A DNA stretch of 64,000 nt from assembly GCA_034522495.1 (NCBI GenBank), contig JAXHLG010000002.1:401541-465540 (forward strand), in the 5' to 3' direction. The DNA comes from Candidatus Moraniibacteriota bacterium (GTDB lineage: Bacteria > Patescibacteriota > Minisyncoccia > Moranbacterales > DUUL01). Each line of letters starts with the position of its first letter. Position 1 is the stretch's first letter. A program made the translations under genes and the position numbers. The notes beneath the pieces were generated by a model. That model worked only from the letters and a program-made list of their open reading frames with translations, was not told the DNA's origin and ran no database searches. Below are positions 1-8,030 of this stretch, piece after piece.

Positions 1-1638
1 TTCTCGGCAGTGAATTTCAGCGAGTCCACCAGCTATTTCTTCACCTTAGTTTCTACGGTGGGTATCTTGGGAGCCTTGTCTTTCCTGTTCTTGACCGGAA
101 CCGGTTTGGCGCTATTGTTCAAGGGAGTTATCCGGGTTATTTCCAAGAAATCCCAAGAAGGCGTTTCCATGAAAGACCATTTATTAATTGCTTCTGGCAT
201 GGTGTGGCTTTATTCCACTATCGTCCTCTTTTTCTATTTTGCCAACATTACCATTTTGACTATGTGGTGGTTCAGCCTGGCTCTTTATCTAAGCGTCTAT
301 TACCTCAAAACCAGGACTGATGAAGGGGAAGTTGTGGCTACCTCCAAAAATCCCAAGTCGTCTTTTGCTTTGTCATTCGTTTTCGTTTTGGTTATTATCG
401 GATTTATTACCGCTATTTACTTGCACGGTCAGAAATATGTGGCAGCCGCCCAATTCCAAGACGCTTTGCGAGCAAGCAACAACAATGAAAATCCGGAAGA
501 AATTGCTAGGAAAGTGGCAAGCGCCGTAGAATTGGATCCTAACAGGGATATTTATTACAGAAATTTAGCTATGGCTCACTTGGCATCGGCCAGGCAAAAA
601 ATCACTGAAAAAGGCTTGCAAAACTTGACTCCCGAGGAATCCAACACGGTTAGCTCTCGTTTCAGGAAGGCTCTGCAGGCTCTCAATCAAGCCAAAGCCT
701 TGGACAAAAATGATTCTCTCAATTTTGTTTCTATCGCCAATCTCTACAAAGAATTTATCCCCATTCAGGAAGAAGCTGGAGAGAAAGCTCTTGAAAACTA
801 CAGAAAAGCCATTGAATTGGATCCAAAGAACCCGGATCTTTATCAAGGGATAGCTAGTGTGTACGTTACTCTCTCCGACATGGCCCAGCAAAAACAGGCT
901 CAACAGCAGGCTCAAGCGGGCGGTCAAGCTCAGGAGGTGGAACTGCCCCAAAAAAGCAAAGAACACCTCAATATGGCCGAAGAAAACCTGAAAGCGGCTA
1001 CCTCCATTAAGCCCAGTCACCCAGGAGCTAACTTGATGCTGGTGACGGTTTATCAAAGAATGAAAGACACGGACAGAGCCATTGCCAAGGCCGAGGAGAA
1101 TATCAAGAAATTCCCCAACACTCCCGAACTTTATTTCAACCTGGGATTGATCCACTACAATCAAGAAGATTATGAGAACGCCAAAAATCAGCTACTGGAA
1201 GCGGTAAACATGAACGAAAAATACTCCAACGCTAGATACTTCTTGGGACTGGCCTACAGCGAGTTGGGCAACAATCAGCAAGCACTGTCCCAATTTAGGA
1301 AAGTCCAGGAGCTCAACCAAGACAATGAACAGGTTGGAAAAATCATAGAAAATTTGGAAAACGGAAACGATCCTCTGGAGGGGCTTCAGCAGCAACAAAA
1401 TCAGGCGCAACAGCAGCCAGAGCCAACCACTCCTACTCCTCAGGAAGAATTGCCGGCCGGTAGCGAGGCGATAACTCCGGGAGTGGGAGAAGAAACCGAA
1501 GCACCGGAACAGCCGGGCGAGGAACCTCAGCCGGCTGAAGAAGAAAACGAAGAAAATCCTGAAGAAGACAACACAGAAGAAACTCAAGAAGAGGAAATTA
1601 CTGAAGAAGAAACCGTTGACAACACCGAAGAAGAATAA
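1..1638 (+). CDS. TPR-repeat membrane protein; 5' end probably lies outside the window
   Basis: Frame is open from nt 1 (ttc tcg gca gtg...), so the listed GTG at 10 need not be the start. Hydrophobic helices are followed by TPR-like repeats (AIELDPKNPDLYQGIASVY; YFLGLAYSELGNNQQALSQFRKVQELN) and an E-rich acidic tail. Confidence 0.7.
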   Translation, partial: FSAVNFSESTSYFFTLVSTVGILGALSFLFLTGTGLALLFKGVIRVISKKSQEGVSMKDHLLIASGMVWLYSTIVLFFYFANITILTMWWFSLALYLSVYYLKTRTDEGEVVATSKNPKSSFALSFVFVLVIIGFITAIYLHGQKYVAAAQFQDALRASNNNENPEEIARKVASAVELDPNRDIYYRNLAMAHLASARQKITEKGLQNLTPEESNTVSSRFRKALQALNQAKALDKNDSLNFVSIANLYKEFIPIQEEAGEKALENYRKAIELDPKNPDLYQGIASVYVTLSDMAQQKQAQQQAQAGGQAQEVELPQKSKEHLNMAEENLKAATSIKPSHPGANLMLVTVYQRMKDTDRAIAKAEENIKKFPNTPELYFNLGLIHYNQEDYENAKNQLLEAVNMNEKYSNARYFLGLAYSELGNNQQALSQFRKVQELNQDNEQVGKIIENLENGNDPLEGLQQQQNQAQQQPEPTTPTPQEELPAGSEAITPGVGEETEAPEQPGEEPQPAEEENEENPEEDNTEETQEEEITEEETVDNTEEE

Positions 1639-1660
1639 AAACCCTTTCCCCTTCCCAAAA

Positions 1661-1692
1661 AAACGCCTTTGCCAGCCAAAGGCGTTTTTGTT
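1661..1692 (+). terminator. Intrinsic terminator after the TPR gene
   Basis: aaacgcctttg-ccagc-caaaggcgttt hairpin followed by ttgtt. Confidence 0.7.
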
Positions 1693-1789
1693 ATAATGTT
1701 ATTGTTATCCCATCTCTCTATTTTTGATTTTTGAATTAGGATCGTGGAGGCTCTGCCAACTTATGCTGTTTATAAATATTACATAAAAC

Positions 1790-2506
1790 ATGAGAAAAGA
1801 AGGATTTTACAACGGCGAATATTATCATATATACAACAGAGGAGTTGACAAAAGAGAGATATTTTTAAATGAGCAATATTTCAGGAGATTTTTGCTCTAC
1901 ATGAGAAAATTTAACAATAAATATGCGCCAGGGGGTCTTTATGAAGAATACTTAAGAAATAAAAAGAAGGATTCAAGCAATGAAGATGAAGGTGGTAGAG
2001 GGGGTGGTAGAGGTTCAGCCTCCACACTGGAGGCTGAACCTCTACCACCCTCGCAAGACGAAAAAATTGTCGAGATAATCGCCTATTGCCTCAATCCAAA
2101 TCATTTTCACTTATTGCTCAAGCAGAAAGAGGAGGGCGGAATTTCTTCTTATATGCAAAAAATTGGAACTGGCTTTACCATGTTCTTTAATAAGAAAAAC
2201 GACCGCTCTGGCTCACTTTTCCAAGGCAGGTATAAGTCAGTCCACATAGACACTAACGAATATCTCCTATACCTAAGTGCTTACATTAACTGCAATAATT
2301 TTATTCACGGATACAACAACAGCCCCGAAGATTGGCTCTATTCCAGCTACTTGGATTTTATAGGAAGAAGAGAAGGGATACTTCCTAAAAAAAGCATTAT
2401 CCTCGAACAATTTGACAACAGCTTTAAAGACTACAAAAAATTTTGTAAAATGAATATGGAATATCTTAAAGACAGAAAAGAAATGCAAAAGTATTTGCTG
2501 GAGTAA
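1790..2506 (+). CDS. Y1/HUH transposase of the IS200-like superfamily (RAYT-like), carrying an internal low-complexity/palindrome insertion
   Basis: YHIYNRGVDKREIF N-terminus, HUH motif NPNHFHLLL, GSLFQGRYKSVHI, and a Tyr-bearing helix EYLLYLSAYINCNN. Solitary gene with no IS ends recognised around it. Confidence 0.7.
   Translation: MRKEGFYNGEYYHIYNRGVDKREIFLNEQYFRRFLLYMRKFNNKYAPGGLYEEYLRNKKKDSSNEDEGGRGGGRGSASTLEAEPLPPSQDEKIVEIIAYCLNPNHFHLLLKQKEEGGISSYMQKIGTGFTMFFNKKNDRSGSLFQGRYKSVHIDTNEYLLYLSAYINCNNFIHGYNNSPEDWLYSSYLDFIGRREGILPKKSIILEQFDNSFKDYKKFCKMNMEYLKDRKEMQKYLLE
2003..2049. repeat. Perfect 47-bp REP-like palindrome inside the RAYT-like CDS
   Basis: ggtggtagaggttcagcctcca-cac-tggaggctgaacctctaccacc: 22-bp arms with a 3-nt loop. 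Read in frame as GGRGSASTLEAEPLPP. The core GGAGGCTGAACCTCC recurs at 13760-13794. Confidence 0.9.
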
Positions 2507-2535
2507 AAACCCCAAGGTTAAATCTTGGGGTTTGA
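2507..2535 (+). terminator. Intrinsic terminator after the RAYT-like gene
   Basis: aaaccccaag-gttaaat-cttggggttt hairpin directly after the stop codon. Confidence 0.6.
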
Positions 2536-2575
2536 AGAAAACCTTGGCTTGAAGATTTATTTTAGGATTATTTTA

Positions 2576-2603
2576 TTGACATATTTTAACAATTTGGTAT
2601 AGT
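2576..2603 (+). promoter_or_regulatory. Sigma70-like promoter upstream of rplJ
   Basis: TTGACA (2576-2581), 16-nt spacer, extended -10 TGgTATAGT (2595-2603). Confidence 0.45.
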
Positions 2604-2609
2604 TAAGGA

Positions 2610-2750
2610 TGTTGGAAAAAATTTTCCGCAGAAATTGGGCACAGTATAAGTCCCGACGAGGAAATTGTATAAAAATATGCTTGGTTTTGCCTTGCTTGTT
2701 GTGCAATTTTAATCTCTGCGGGAAGCAGGGGTTTTATTTTGGTGTATTGA
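2610..2750 (+). promoter_or_regulatory. Candidate L10 (rplJ) leader/attenuator
   Basis: Long-range pairing of ccgcaga (2626-2632) with tctgcgg (2715-2721). It competes with the terminator-like hairpin ctctgc-gggaa-gcaggg followed by gttttatttt (2714-2750). Sits between the promoter and rplJ. Confidence 0.35.
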
Positions 2751-2757
2751 TAACAAA

Positions 2758-2796
2758 ATTATTCTAATTATTCTAATTGCTCTAATTATTCTAAAA
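2758..2796. repeat. About 40-bp block of ctaattatt-type short repeats, copy 1 (upstream of rplJ)
   Basis: aattattctaattattctaattgctctaattattctaaaa. A near-identical direct copy lies at 3457-3498. Confidence 0.8.
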
Positions 2797-2890
2797 TTTT
2801 GTTTTTTGGAGCTTGTTAATTTATTAGGTCAATTAGTATAATTAGAAATTTTGTTAAAATGTTTGTATGTTAAAATGTTAAAATGATTTT

Positions 2891-3415
2891 ATGTTATCCA
2901 AAGAACAAAAGAAGAAGATAGTTAAAGAATTGGCTGAACAAATCAAGGAAAGCAAATCCACGGCCGTGTTTGATTATAAGGGGCTTTCGGTTTCCGATAT
3001 GGCGGATTTGAGAGGGAAGCTGAGAGAAAATCAGGCCGAGCTGAAAATTGCCAAAAAAACCTTGGCCACTTTGGCATTCAAAGAAGCGGGAATGGATGTT
3101 GATGTCAGGGAATTTGCAGGACAGGTGGCGCTGGCGCTCGGTGGAGAGAACGAGATTTCTGTTCCCAAAGCGCTGGTGGCTTTTGCCAAAGAAAAAGAAC
3201 AGCCGGAGAAAGTTCTGGGAGGCACGCTGGAGGGCAGCGTTATCTCCGGAGACAAGGTGATCGAGCTTTCCAAACTGCCTACCAGGGAAGAATTGCTTGG
3301 CAAGCTGGTCGGCACCATCCAAGGGCCGATTTCCGGATTCGTTGGAGCGCTTTCGGGGAATTTGAGGAATTTGGTTCAGGTGATGGATGGGATTAAGGAG
3401 CAAAAAGAGGGTTAA
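2891..3415 (+). CDS. rplJ: 50S ribosomal protein L10
   Basis: MLSKEQKKKIVKELAEQIKESKSTAVFDYKGLSVSDMADLRGKLREN... is a typical L10 N-terminus. rplL follows. Confidence 0.95.
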   Translation: MLSKEQKKKIVKELAEQIKESKSTAVFDYKGLSVSDMADLRGKLRENQAELKIAKKTLATLAFKEAGMDVDVREFAGQVALALGGENEISVPKALVAFAKEKEQPEKVLGGTLEGSVISGDKVIELSKLPTREELLGKLVGTIQGPISGFVGALSGNLRNLVQVMDGIKEQKEG

Positions 3416-3456
3416 TTGGTGTAATGGTTTATTGGTATATTTGGAAGTTGGGAAAG

Positions 3457-3498
3457 AATTATTCTAATTAATCTAATTACACTAATTATTCTAAAAAA
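3457..3498. repeat. About 40-bp ctaattatt-type repeat block, copy 2 (downstream of rplJ)
   Basis: aattattctaattaatctaattacactaattattctaaaaaa, in direct orientation relative to 2758-2796. Confidence 0.8.
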
Positions 3499-3639
3499 TT
3501 TACAATTCCCAATTCACAACCCTAAGTTAAAACTTGTTATTTGTAATTTTTTCGATTTCTTGATATTTGCTGCTAGAAATTTCTATTGGCTGATGGCTGT
3601 TTCAAGTTTTCACATCTTATAAAGTCAAATGTTTAATAT

Positions 3640-3771
3640 CCATTGTTCAATTGTTCAATTGTTGTGTTACACAGATACTCTATTTTTCTAGGTATTTGAC
3701 TAATTGAAGTTTATTGGGAATCGCAGAGTGTATACAATTAACAATGAAACAATGTAGCAATGGAACAATGA
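3640..3771. mobile_element. MITE-like element, family A (CATTGTT/AACAATG terminal repeat arrays), copy A1
   Basis: Left end ccattgttcaattgttcaattgttg, right end aacaatgaaacaatgtagcaatggaacaatg (its inverse complement). Core resembles 15431-15653 and 16600-16797. Confidence 0.6.
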
Positions 3772-3798
3772 TAACTAACTAATTAATAATATTATTCT

Positions 3799-4302
3799 AT
3801 GACAGAAGAAAAGAAGACTTCCGAGGCCAAAGAGGAGGCCAAAGAAGAAAAAAAGACAGCTGAAGCGGAGGAGAAAAAAGAAGGTGCCGCTGAAGCTAAA
3901 GAAGAATCTCAAGTAGAGGTTCCCGAGAAATTCAAGGGAATTGTTGAGGAGATTGAGAAGATGAGTGTTTTGGATTTATCCGAATTGGTGAAGGTATTGG
4001 AAGACAAATTCGGAGTTAGCGCCGCCGCTCCCGTGGCCGCCGCTCCTGCAGCTGCCGCCGCCGAAGGCGGGGAAGCTGCCGCCGAGGAGAAAAATGAGTT
4101 TGACGTTGAGTTGAGCGCCGCCGGCAACCAAAAGATCGGCGTGATCAAGGTAGTCAAGGAAATCACCGGCAAAGGACTCAAGGACGCCAAAGCTTTGGTG
4201 GACGGAGCTCCCGCGGTAATCAAGGAAAAAGCCGCCAAAGAAGAAGCGGAAGAATTGAAGGGAAAATTGGAAGAAGCGGGCGCAACTGTGGAATTGAAGT
4301 AA
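3799..4302 (+). CDS. rplL: 50S ribosomal protein L7/L12 with a K/E-rich N-terminal extension of about 40 aa
   Basis: [41 protein letters not shown] hinge, then C-terminal domain [38 protein letters not shown]...ATVELK. Confidence 0.95.
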   Translation: MTEEKKTSEAKEEAKEEKKTAEAEEKKEGAAEAKEESQVEVPEKFKGIVEEIEKMSVLDLSELVKVLEDKFGVSAAAPVAAAPAAAAAEGGEAAAEEKNEFDVELSAAGNQKIGVIKVVKEITGKGLKDAKALVDGAPAVIKEKAAKEEAEELKGKLEEAGATVELK

Positions 4303-4321
4303 GACCCCTTTACGCGTATTT

Positions 4322-4350
4322 GAAGCTGGTCCTTGGCGGGGCCGGCTTTA
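4322..4350 (+). terminator. Intrinsic terminator after rplL
   Basis: aagctggtcc-ttggcg-gggccggctt (two G-U pairs) followed by tatttttttatt. Confidence 0.6.
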
Positions 4351-4395
4351 TTTTTTTATTGTTTGCGTTTAAAATAGAGGACAGTGAAGAAGAGG

Positions 4396-4439
4396 CTCCA
4401 AGGTTCAACCTTCGGCTCGCCGAAGGTTGAACCTTGGAG
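4396..4439. repeat. REP-like palindrome, CCAAGGTTCAACCTTCGG variant
   Basis: ctccaaggttcaaccttcgg-ctcg-ccgaaggttgaaccttggag, with perfect 20-bp arms. Confidence 0.9.
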
Positions 4440-4475
4440 TCTCCTAAGATACTTTGAATAATAACAAAATTTAAA

Positions 4476-5633
4476 ATGCTAAAAGAGTTGATAAAATATT
4501 TTTATTATTTGCTTGATTCTGCGGTAATTTTATTGCGTAAAGGCGATAATGGATTCAAAGCAGCGAAAGAAAACAAAAAAGGGCTTTTCATTGTCAAGAC
4601 GGATTTAATCGGGGATTATATATTGTTTAGAAATTTCTTGGAAGAACTGAGAAAATCGGACAAGTTTAAAGACTGGAGAATAACAGTTTGCGGGAACCCA
4701 TCTTGGAAAGAATTAGCTTTAGAGCATGACAGCAAATGGGCGGATGAATTTATTTGGCTTGAGCCCTCCAAGTACGCCGGAAATGTTCTTTACCGACTGA
4801 AATTTAATTGGCGGTTAAGGGGAGAGAGATTTGATTTGTTGCTAAATCCTATATTTTCTAAGGATTTTATTATCGACGAGGCGGTTTCCAGGGCGGCCCG
4901 CGCAGACAAAAAAATCGGCCAAGAAGGGGATTTGTTGAATTTAAGCGCCAGACAAAAAAGGATCTCAAATAGTTGCTATGATAAGCTGATCGAGAGGCCA
5001 GAAAATACTTTTTTCGAATTTTATTTGAATAAAAATTTTGTAGAAAAAGTTATCGGTGATAAAATAGATATAGAAAAGCCCTATTTGGATACTGGCAAAA
5101 AAAACGGATATGCTTCCAAAAATCCTTATGCGGTTATTTTCCCGGGGGCGGGAGAAAAGTCCAGGCGTTGGAACGCGGTAGGCTTCGCTCGGGTGGCCGA
5201 TTATCTGGTTAAAAAATACGGGTGGGATGTCTATATCGAGGGGGCATCCGGAGATGCGGATTTGGCGCAAAGGGTGATTGATGAATGCCGAGAGAAGGAA
5301 AGGATAATTTCAAGAGCCGGGAGTTCCTTGACCGGATTTGCTAAGGTCTTGCATTCTGCTGAAATTTTGATTTCCAATGAAACCATGGCAGTTCACTTGG
5401 CGGCGACTCTGGATATCAAAACAGTCTGCATATCCAATGGAAAATATTATGGCAAGTGCTGCCCTTATCCGAAAAAGACCGGTTTTAGGGTCGAATATGT
5501 TTATCCAAAGGAAATAAGAAACTATGCCGGCGGTTATCGCGACAGAATAGAGAAGTTCGGCGCGAGCCAGGGATTTGATCTGGAAAGCGTTGGCGCCAAG
5601 ATTGTTGAAAAGGCGGTAGATGCGTTTAATTGA
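4476..5633 (+). CDS. Glycosyltransferase family 9 (heptosyltransferase-like)
   Basis: GT9-like motifs: LIGDYILFRNF, IFPGAGEKSRRW, LISNETMAVHLAATL. Confidence 0.7.
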   Translation: MLKELIKYFYYLLDSAVILLRKGDNGFKAAKENKKGLFIVKTDLIGDYILFRNFLEELRKSDKFKDWRITVCGNPSWKELALEHDSKWADEFIWLEPSKYAGNVLYRLKFNWRLRGERFDLLLNPIFSKDFIIDEAVSRAARADKKIGQEGDLLNLSARQKRISNSCYDKLIERPENTFFEFYLNKNFVEKVIGDKIDIEKPYLDTGKKNGYASKNPYAVIFPGAGEKSRRWNAVGFARVADYLVKKYGWDVYIEGASGDADLAQRVIDECREKERIISRAGSSLTGFAKVLHSAEILISNETMAVHLAATLDIKTVCISNGKYYGKCCPYPKKTGFRVEYVYPKEIRNYAGGYRDRIEKFGASQGFDLESVGAKIVEKAVDAFN

Positions 5634-5769
5634 TGACACTAAAGATATTGCGCACATGCTGCTTAGTGCCGTGTTAAATTAATTTTTACGGCTAGTCGAA
5701 AACCCAAAGTTGTTTTGGTTGATAAAATTTTTATTAACAAGGAGGCAAAATTAATTTATTACGGCGCTA

Positions 5770-5949
5770 GTGAGGGTCTGCCCCCCCTCTGCGGGGAAAA
5801 ATATATAAAATATTTATATTTTTAAAGCGGTGCGAAACCTGAAACCTTTCGGGCAAGAATTTTTATCTTATTTATTGGATTTTGGTTAAAATAATTTTTT
5901 CCCACAGGTCGGAAGTAGCAGTTTTTTTCAAAAATCAGCATCCCCTAGT
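5770..5949. mobile_element. MITE-like element, family C (TTAGGGCCTGCCCCGC...GCAGCCCCTAA), degenerate copy C1
   Basis: gagggtctgccccccctctgcgggg...aaatatttatatttttaaagcggtgcgaaa...tttttttcaaaaatcagcatcccctag aligns by eye with 59233-59392 and 63569-63746. Confidence 0.6.
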
Positions 5950-6097
5950 TAGTCTAATGTGGATATTTCCATCATTTCTCTTTTAAGAGGCTTATCCCCC
6001 TTTAAAGTGAGAAATCTCCGCTCGGTGCAATTAATTTTTACAAGGGGCGTGAAGGGGTGTGTAGCATCAATTAATAAAATGAAGATAAAAGTGGTTT

Positions 6098-7024
6098 ATG
6101 AAAGGAGAAACTTGTATTCATATAGGGTATCCGAAGTGCGGGAGCACTACTCTGCAGAGAAATTTGCTTAACAAGCATTCGGGGATAAATAGCTTTGGCA
6201 TAGTTTATCCTTTTAAAAAACAAGAATTTTTCAATGATGATATTGAATATTTTTCTAATCAAATTAGATATTTCCCAGAGTTGGAATTTCAAGAATGTTT
6301 TGATAGAAAATTCATCGACGAAAAGATAAGGAGTCTGGTTTTGCAAAACAAGACAAACATTTTTTCCAATGAAACTTTTTTGGCTCCTTTTCGAAGCGAC
6401 AACTACTTGAAAGCTCAAAGATTAAAAAAATGTTTTCCAGAAGCGAAAATAATGATTGTTATAAGAAATCAGGCAGATTTTCTGAGGTCGTTTTATGAAA
6501 TGTATCCTTTTTCTGTTTTTGGTCCCGGGAAAACCGGCAAATACAAAACTTTTGATAGATGGCTAAAAGAGGCTTTTGAAGATCCGCATACAAGTATCCT
6601 TTTTGCTCCCAAATATTATCAATTGGCAACTCATTATAAGAATTTATTTGACAAAAAAAATATTGGCATTTTTCTGTTTGAGGAAATGGTTAACGATACG
6701 GAAACTTTCTCCAGAAAAATAGCCAGTTTCCTTGGCATTGATAAGAAGGAAACGCTTCAGCTATTATCTCAAGCGAGTCAGAATCCAGCTTCAGAAGCCT
6801 TCTTGTATGTATTTAAAAAGAGATTTTTACCGGATATTGAGTATAAAAAGTATGTCGATGAAAAGATTTACAATTTTTCTTGCCGGCAAATATCAAAGCT
6901 GAGAAAAAAACCCGAGATGAGCGATTATTGGAAGCAGAAAATTATTGACTACTATAAAGAATCCAATAGGCAGTTGGCTGAGGAATTTAACCTTGACCTA
7001 AGTAAATATAATTATCCACTATGA
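6098..7024 (+). CDS. Sulfotransferase-family protein
   Basis: 5'-PSB-like YPKCGSTTLQRNL and 3'-PB-like IVIRNQADFLRSFY motifs. The stop overlaps the next start (ATGA). Confidence 0.65.
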   Translation: MKGETCIHIGYPKCGSTTLQRNLLNKHSGINSFGIVYPFKKQEFFNDDIEYFSNQIRYFPELEFQECFDRKFIDEKIRSLVLQNKTNIFSNETFLAPFRSDNYLKAQRLKKCFPEAKIMIVIRNQADFLRSFYEMYPFSVFGPGKTGKYKTFDRWLKEAFEDPHTSILFAPKYYQLATHYKNLFDKKNIGIFLFEEMVNDTETFSRKIASFLGIDKKETLQLLSQASQNPASEAFLYVFKKRFLPDIEYKKYVDEKIYNFSCRQISKLRKKPEMSDYWKQKIIDYYKESNRQLAEEFNLDLSKYNYPL

Positions 7025-7950
7025 TCTCTATTGTTATCCCGATTTTTAATGAAGAAAAAAACGTCCGGCCGCTTTTTGAAAGGCTGAAGGCGGTTTTTGA
7101 TAAACAGAGCATCAAGTGGGAGTTGATTTTCGTGGATGACGGCAGCCAAGACGGGAGCGTGATGGAAATAAGTGGTTTAGCCAAGAAAAACAAAAATGTC
7201 AAAGCCGTCTTTTTTTCCCGCAATTTCGGCAAAGAGGTGGCACTGTCGGCCGGCTGCCGGTATGCCCGCGGGGAAGCGGTGATAACTATGGACGGGGATT
7301 TGCAGCACCCGCCGGAGCTGATTCCGGAGATTTTGGAAAAATGGAGAAATGGAGGCGAAGTGGTTTATACTGTCAGGAAAGAAAATCAGGGGGCCGGGGC
7401 CTTGAAAAAATTAACTTCGGGAATTTATTGGTGGCTATTTGGCAAGATATCAACGCTTGACAGCGAGCCTCACTCCACCGATTTTCGATTAATGGACAGG
7501 AGGGTGGTGGATGAGATAAACAGGTTTTCCGAGAGAGGGAGGATTTTCCGAGGGATTGTGGACTGGACGGGATTCAAGAGAGAGAAAATGGAATTTTCCG
7601 CCGAGCAGAGGCGGAATGAAAAAGCGGGGTATTCTTACAAAAAACTTTTTCACCTGGGAGTGAACAGTTTGACCGCTTTTTCGCTCTTGCCTTTGAAGGT
7701 GGCGGGCTTTTTGGGGGTTTTGATAACCTCGGTCAGCAGTCTTTTATTTATTGTGATGATCATTGTCCGTTGGTTTATTGAACCCAAGTTCTTTTCTTCA
7801 CTGTCTTTCGTGGTGGTGATTAACACGGTTTTGATCGGCATCGTTTTGTCTTGTCTGGGAATGATTGCGCTTTACATCGCCCGGATTCATGATGAAGTCA
7901 CGGGGCGGCCGCTTTATATTGTTAGGAAGAAGATTAATATTGACGAGTAG
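7021..7950 (+). CDS. Glycosyltransferase family 2, polyprenyl-phosphate glycosyltransferase type (GtrB/ArnC/DPM1-like)
   Basis: ISIVIPIFNEEKNV, FVDDGSQDGS, TMDGDLQHPPE, plus two C-terminal TM helices. Confidence 0.85.
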   Translation: MISIVIPIFNEEKNVRPLFERLKAVFDKQSIKWELIFVDDGSQDGSVMEISGLAKKNKNVKAVFFSRNFGKEVALSAGCRYARGEAVITMDGDLQHPPELIPEILEKWRNGGEVVYTVRKENQGAGALKKLTSGIYWWLFGKISTLDSEPHSTDFRLMDRRVVDEINRFSERGRIFRGIVDWTGFKREKMEFSAEQRRNEKAGYSYKKLFHLGVNSLTAFSLLPLKVAGFLGVLITSVSSLLFIVMIIVRWFIEPKFFSSLSFVVVINTVLIGIVLSCLGMIALYIARIHDEVTGRPLYIVRKKINIDE

Positions 7951-7973
7951 ATGTCTTTTGATTTTTTTATACT

Positions 7974-8013
7974 CCAAGGTTCAACCTTCGGCCAGCCGAA
8001 GGTTGAACCTTGG
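7974..8013. repeat. REP-like palindrome, CCAAGGTTCAACCTTCGG variant
   Basis: ccaaggttcaaccttcgg-ccag-ccgaaggttgaaccttgg, lying between two GT genes of the same operon. Confidence 0.9.
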
Positions 8014-8030
8014 TCGTTGCCTATATTCAC

